From NCBI GenBank assembly GCA_002794465.1, contig MTSL01000149.1, positions 85,810 through 91,387 on the forward strand: a DNA stretch of 5,578 nucleotides, given 5' to 3'. The stretch is from Paramicrosporidium saccamoebae KSL3 (lineage: Eukaryota > Fungi > Cryptomycota). Shown in pieces: positions 1 through 3,104 of the stretch (positions within the stretch are counted from its first letter, which is position 1; every line of letters begins with the position of its first letter). Position numbers and translations under genes: made by a program. Under the pieces are notes generated by a model, which ran no database searches, was not told the origin of the DNA, and saw nothing but the letters and a program-made list of their open reading frames with translations.

Positions 1-37
1 AACTAGCATAAGGGGGTGGCTATCTAGGCTAAAGGCG

Positions 38-43
38 AATAAA
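38..43 (+). terminator. Putative polyadenylation signal AATAAA of a + strand gene ending upstream of, or at the start of, the window
   Basis: AATAAA at 38-43 is followed by a T/GT-rich tract (TATTTTGTTTTCGTTGTTTGGG, about 47-68), the usual eukaryotic PAS plus downstream-element layout. The upstream gene itself is not visible. Confidence 0.45.
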
Positions 44-132
44 ACGTATTTTGTTTTCGTTGTTTGGGCGAGTTGCTGATGATGCGAGCTGTTAGACGAG
101 AAAATTCATCCATGTCAGTGCATCTTTATCCA

Positions 133-220
133 CCAACCCGCGCCCATCCATCTTCCCAACTCGCGCCCATCCATACTCCCAACTCGTGTTAATCCATCCG
201 CCCAACCCGCACTCATTCTC
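133..220. repeat. 23-bp tandem repeat (minisatellite), about 3.8 copies, C-rich on + and G-rich on -
   Basis: Units: 133-155 CCAACCCGCGCCCATCCATCTTC; 156-178 CCAACTCGCGCCCATCCATACTC; 179-201 CCAACTCGTGTTAATCCATCCGC; 202-220 CCAACCCGCACTCATTCTC (partial). Identity is 20/23 for U1/U2 and 17/23 for U2/U3. The period is not a multiple of 3, and the array lies just 3' of the spliced oxidoreductase stop codon. Confidence 0.85.
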
Positions 221-221
221 T

Positions 222-1925
222 TCACTGTATCGACACTTCCAAAGGACACTACAAAATCAAAAAGTACCCAATTTCTACCTTTCCGGCTCGGATGGAGGCG
301 GCCGACGGCATTCTACCCAGACGCAGCAACTCGGAGCAATGAACCGCCAGAGGATCACGGCCCATTGTGGCCACGGCAGATATCTGTTCATCTTTGATAT
401 AATATGCCGCAAAGACGGGCGGGTCGGCCTGTTTATCGCCCTCAAAGTGCACCGCATCATAGCCCATATGAACATCACCCGCATATCGCACAGACTTTCC
501 AAATAGGACTGAGAAGAAGAATGGCACACTGTCATATTTGCGTGGGGTTTTACTGACCATGTTATGACCGGCAATACGACCCTGCTGCTGGGCCACATTC
601 CAGTGTTCTATGCGCGTTGGGGTGCGGGTGAGGCGATGTGGAAAGGTGGCAATATCGCCGGCTGCGTAAATATTGTCTGTTCCCAATACTTTGAGATTCT
701 GATCCACTGCGATGCTTCCGTCGGGCCTCAACTCCAAAACATCCTTTACACAGTCGGTTTGGGGACGTACACCTGTTGCCATAATGACAAGATTGGCTTC
801 CAGGATGCTTCCATCACTCAACTCTACTGATATGGCCATGTTGTCCCGAGAGTGAATTGTCTTGACGCCCATGCCGAGACGGAATTGTACTCCATTGCGT
901 TCGTGCAGTAACTGAAGCACCTGTCCCACATCTTTACCAAAAATTCTTTCCAACGGCACCGTTTCTGGGGCAACAATGGTCACTGATTCACTAGCCTTGC
1001 TCATCATGGCTGCCGTTTCCATTCCCATAAAATTCGCTCCAATCACCACCACCTTTGGCTTGGGATACTTCTCCATCACCTCCAGGATGCCACGATTCGC
1101 TTTGATGGTGCGGATGACAAAGACGTTGGAAAGATTGGCGCCCGAGACGGGGATGCGTGTCGGCTCCCCGCCAGTGGCCAATAGCAATTTGTCGTAAGCC
1201 AGACGGCCTCCATCGTCCATAATCACCTCATTTGTCTGGACATTTACTGTAGTGACCGTCTTTCCCAGCCAATACTCCAACTTGAGGTCACTGTAATAGG
1301 TGCTTTTGTACAATTGAATGTTCTCGGGATTTGCTGTCAGGAATTTGCTCAGCTTGATCCGATCGATTGCCAAATATGTTTCTTGACTGACAATCACGAC
1401 GCGTCCCTTGAAGCCCGTCTTGCGGATACTCTCTGCCGCCACGGCTCCCGCTGCTCCTCCACCCACAATCACATACACTTTCTTGTTATCTGTTGTCACG
1501 GCACTACACGCCTTTCGTGGTCCTGCCTCAAAGTCTTCCATCGACGCCACTACATACACTGACTCATCTTCCACTATCACTGGAAATGTCCGTAATGCCT
1601 CCACTGCCGGCGCTTCCTCAATGTCCCCACTGCGTATGTCAAAACAGGCCGCATGCCATGGACACGTCAGCTTTGTCCCACTCAATACACCCGTCACCAG
1701 GCGCGCCTTGTAATGGGGACAGAGATGGGTGGTTGCGTGAAATTGTCCATCCACCCGTGACAATAGCACTTTGAAGGTGCGTCCTGACGTCTCAATGCAC
1801 ACCTCCTTCATTTGACCCTCCTGAAGGTCATTTGTAGAGGCTACTAGGTGGCGGGGTGGGTTTCCCAGTGCACTATTCATTAATCCACGCAGCGCATTCT
1901 GTCCTTTGCTCCATAGTCCCGACAT
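222..1925 (-). CDS. AIFM3: AIFM3/Aif1-like apoptosis-inducing factor homolog: N-terminal Rieske [2Fe-2S] domain fused to an FAD/NAD(H) pyridine nucleotide-disulfide oxidoreductase. Exons 1925..279 and 248..222, 557 aa.
   Basis: Rieske ligands C69-x-H71 (CPHY) and C88-x-x-H91 (CPWH); FAD-binding IVGGGAAG; LLLATGG; NAD(H)-binding VVVIGANFMGME; AAGDIA; RIEHWNVAQQQG; VPFFFS. This is the AIFM3 / S. pombe Aif1 architecture. Removing the 30-nt intron 249..278 changes the C-terminus from ...AGKVEIGYFLIL to ...AGKCPLEVSIQ*, with the stop at 224-222. Confidence 0.92.
249..278 (-). other. 30-nt GT-AG spliceosomal intron (phase 0) in the AIFM3-like gene
   Basis: The - strand reads AAG|GTAGAAATTGGGTACTTTTTGATTTTGTAG|TGT, an AG|GT donor context. 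It is T-rich, and its 3' end (TTTGATTTTGTAG) nearly matches INCENP intron 1 (TTTAATTTTGTAG). The ORF-track stop TAG is the acceptor itself. Both the retained and spliced forms are open, so this intron is less certain than the INCENP introns. Confidence 0.75.
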
Positions 1926-1954
1926 GACACTTTGCTGAAAACCGGATTGTTCAT

Positions 1955-1960
1955 TTTATT
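1955..1960 (-). terminator. Putative polyadenylation signal AATAAA for the tetraspanin mRNA, or an AT-rich core promoter element of the AIFM3-like gene
   Basis: TTTATT at 1955-1960 on + reads AATAAA on -. It lies about 117 nt after the tetraspanin stop and 30 nt before the oxidoreductase ATG at 1925. Confidence 0.45.
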
Positions 1961-2076
1961 AAATGGGCATCTATGAGCATTAACATGACCCTGAGCATGA
2001 AGTGTAAAATCCAAGGCATAAAATACGGAGCATGAGCTAGTCAGAAGAGTCTTGATTTAGCTTCCAACAGCCGATC

Positions 2077-2835
2077 CTATGTCTTGCTTTTGCTTTTGCT
2101 GGCGCTTGCTTTTAGACTAGCCAATTCTGCTTCCTTGTAGCCCTTTTGTCGTTCCTTTTCACTCTTGGCCTCTCGTTTGGCCGCTCTCTTTTCCCTTTTG
2201 CGCACCTTCCTCTCGCCCTTTTCAATATCCTTGGCAGCTTTTCGACTCTGCTGTGATTGTATCTTTTGACCCATACAGCATGTGCAAAAAATGACTCCAA
2301 CTTGCATACCCACAACCACTGCCGCTAAGATCACCATAATTTTTAGGCGGCCAGCCAATTCGGCCACCACCTTTTTCTCACATGGGTGCTCTGGCTTGCA
2401 AGTCGGAGTGCGTTCCTCCACCGTGGTGAACCCGCAGCAGGCGTATTTTTTCTCCAATTCTCTCTTTTGTGGCATTTTGAGCGTGTACCACGTCTTTCGA
2501 GATGCCTCGGGCAATCCCTTTCCTAGCATGACGGCATAGCCCGCCACCCCTCCGCCTACCAGTAATGCCACGATGGCGATTGCCGTAGCCGTATTCATCG
2601 CTATCGGACTTTCTCGGCAACTCCCCGTCATTGACAGCCCGCCAGAGAATAATGCCACTATTCCGGATGCTATGCCTGCGGCACCCAGCCATTTGAGACC
2701 GAACATGAGTGTTGGCTGGCCAGTCATGACCACTGCTCCAAAAGCAGTCATTCCAATCCCTGCCAGTATGCTCCCTGCCGCTAGCAGGATCCCAAATCCC
2801 AGGGACATTGACGGATAGTATCCTTTGACCACCAT
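2077..2835 (-). CDS. Tetraspanin family membrane protein, 252 aa, no intron needed
   Basis: Four hydrophobic Gly-rich segments (about aa 11-37, 45-71, 79-104, 165-187). The short inner loop GSCRES matches the tetraspanin G-x-x-x-ES loop. The large extracellular loop has the hallmark CCG (aa 133-135, nt 2439-2431) plus C146 and C152, i.e. a 4-Cys EC2. TM4 has a polar Q and is followed by juxtamembrane CTCC (likely palmitoylation sites). Start context is AAAATGG. Confidence 0.9.
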   Translation of the reverse strand: MVVKGYYPSMSLGFGILLAAGSILAGIGMTAFGAVVMTGQPTLMFGLKWLGAAGIASGIVALFSGGLSMTGSCRESPIAMNTATAIAIVALLVGGGVAGYAVMLGKGLPEASRKTWYTLKMPQKRELEKKYACCGFTTVEERTPTCKPEHPCEKKVVAELAGRLKIMVILAAVVVGMQVGVIFCTCCMGQKIQSQQSRKAAKDIEKGERKVRKREKRAAKREAKSEKERQKGYKEAELASLKASASKSKSKT

Positions 2836-2908
2836 TTTGCCGTGTCATCAGGCTGGCTTGGTGATAAGAAGCGTGCGATTCGCCCTCAAACACGCATCAA
2901 CCCAGGGA

Positions 2909-2917
2909 CCAATCAGA
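2909..2917 (+). promoter_or_regulatory. CCAAT box (NF-Y/HAP type), copy 1
   Basis: GACCAATCAGA matches the extended NF-Y consensus RRCCAATSR and lies 74 nt from the tetraspanin ATG. Confidence 0.55.
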
Positions 2918-3074
2918 TCACGCCATTATAGGACAACTTGCCATTAAAGTTTGTAGAGGGCAGTCGCATCCATTGATGGTTCTGAACCCAAAAACGTCAT
3001 AAACCACAATTGCAGGACATTTCAGGATGGATGAACATGAGTGTTGTGGGATTTTCAAAAAATAGTTTCCTTAT

Positions 3075-3083
3075 CCAATCAGA
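3075..3083 (+). promoter_or_regulatory. CCAAT box (NF-Y/HAP type), copy 2
   Basis: ATCCAATCAGA contains the same 9-mer CCAATCAGA as copy 1 and begins 30 nt upstream of the INCENP ATG. Confidence 0.5.
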
Positions 3084-3104
3084 GACAGCGCCAAGAGTCC
3101 CGCC

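Larger units (their letters stand above)
2836..3104. promoter_or_regulatory. 269-bp divergent (head-to-head) intergenic region, a probable bidirectional promoter for the tetraspanin and INCENP
   Basis: It lies between the tetraspanin ATG (2835, -) and the INCENP ATG (3105, +). It contains CCAATCAGA twice (2909-2917 and 3075-3083), TTCAAA (reverse TTTGAA, 3054-3059) and GCGCCAA (3088-3094). Confidence 0.7.

Noticed and set aside
133-220. The 23-bp repeat as a CRISPR array or telomeric repeat
   Set aside because: The units are directly adjacent with no unique spacers, there are no cas genes, and the context is eukaryotic. The units are degenerate and internal between genes, unlike a telomere tract.
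186-1774. Short + strand ORFs (186..506, 564..830, 976..1197, 1314..1562, 1408..1713, 1493..1774) and the - strand ORF 275..598
   Set aside because: All overlap the conserved oxidoreductase CDS, antisense or out of frame, and show no motifs.
222-1925. The oxidoreductase as a bacterial dioxygenase ferredoxin/reductase or a horizontal transfer
   Set aside because: The Rieske-reductase fusion with these motifs is the standard eukaryotic AIFM3/Aif1 architecture. It has a probable spliceosomal intron like its neighbour's, and no compositional break or mobility signature is visible.
2112-2818. Short ORFs 2112..2315, 2282..2539 and 2573..2818 overlapping the tetraspanin
   Set aside because: These are shadow or alternative frames of a well-supported membrane-protein gene with no independent evidence.
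2378-2893. 171-aa same-strand alternative-frame ORF overlapping the tetraspanin, including an out-of-frame ATG at 2848
   Set aside because: No recognisable domain, and it overlaps a well-supported gene in another frame. A uORF-type effect of the 2848 ATG cannot be excluded without a TSS, but nothing supports it.
3097-3104. CCC just upstream of the INCENP ATG as a microsporidian-type CCC/GGG start signal
   Set aside because: No equivalent motif precedes the other two ATGs, and a single trinucleotide is uninformative.
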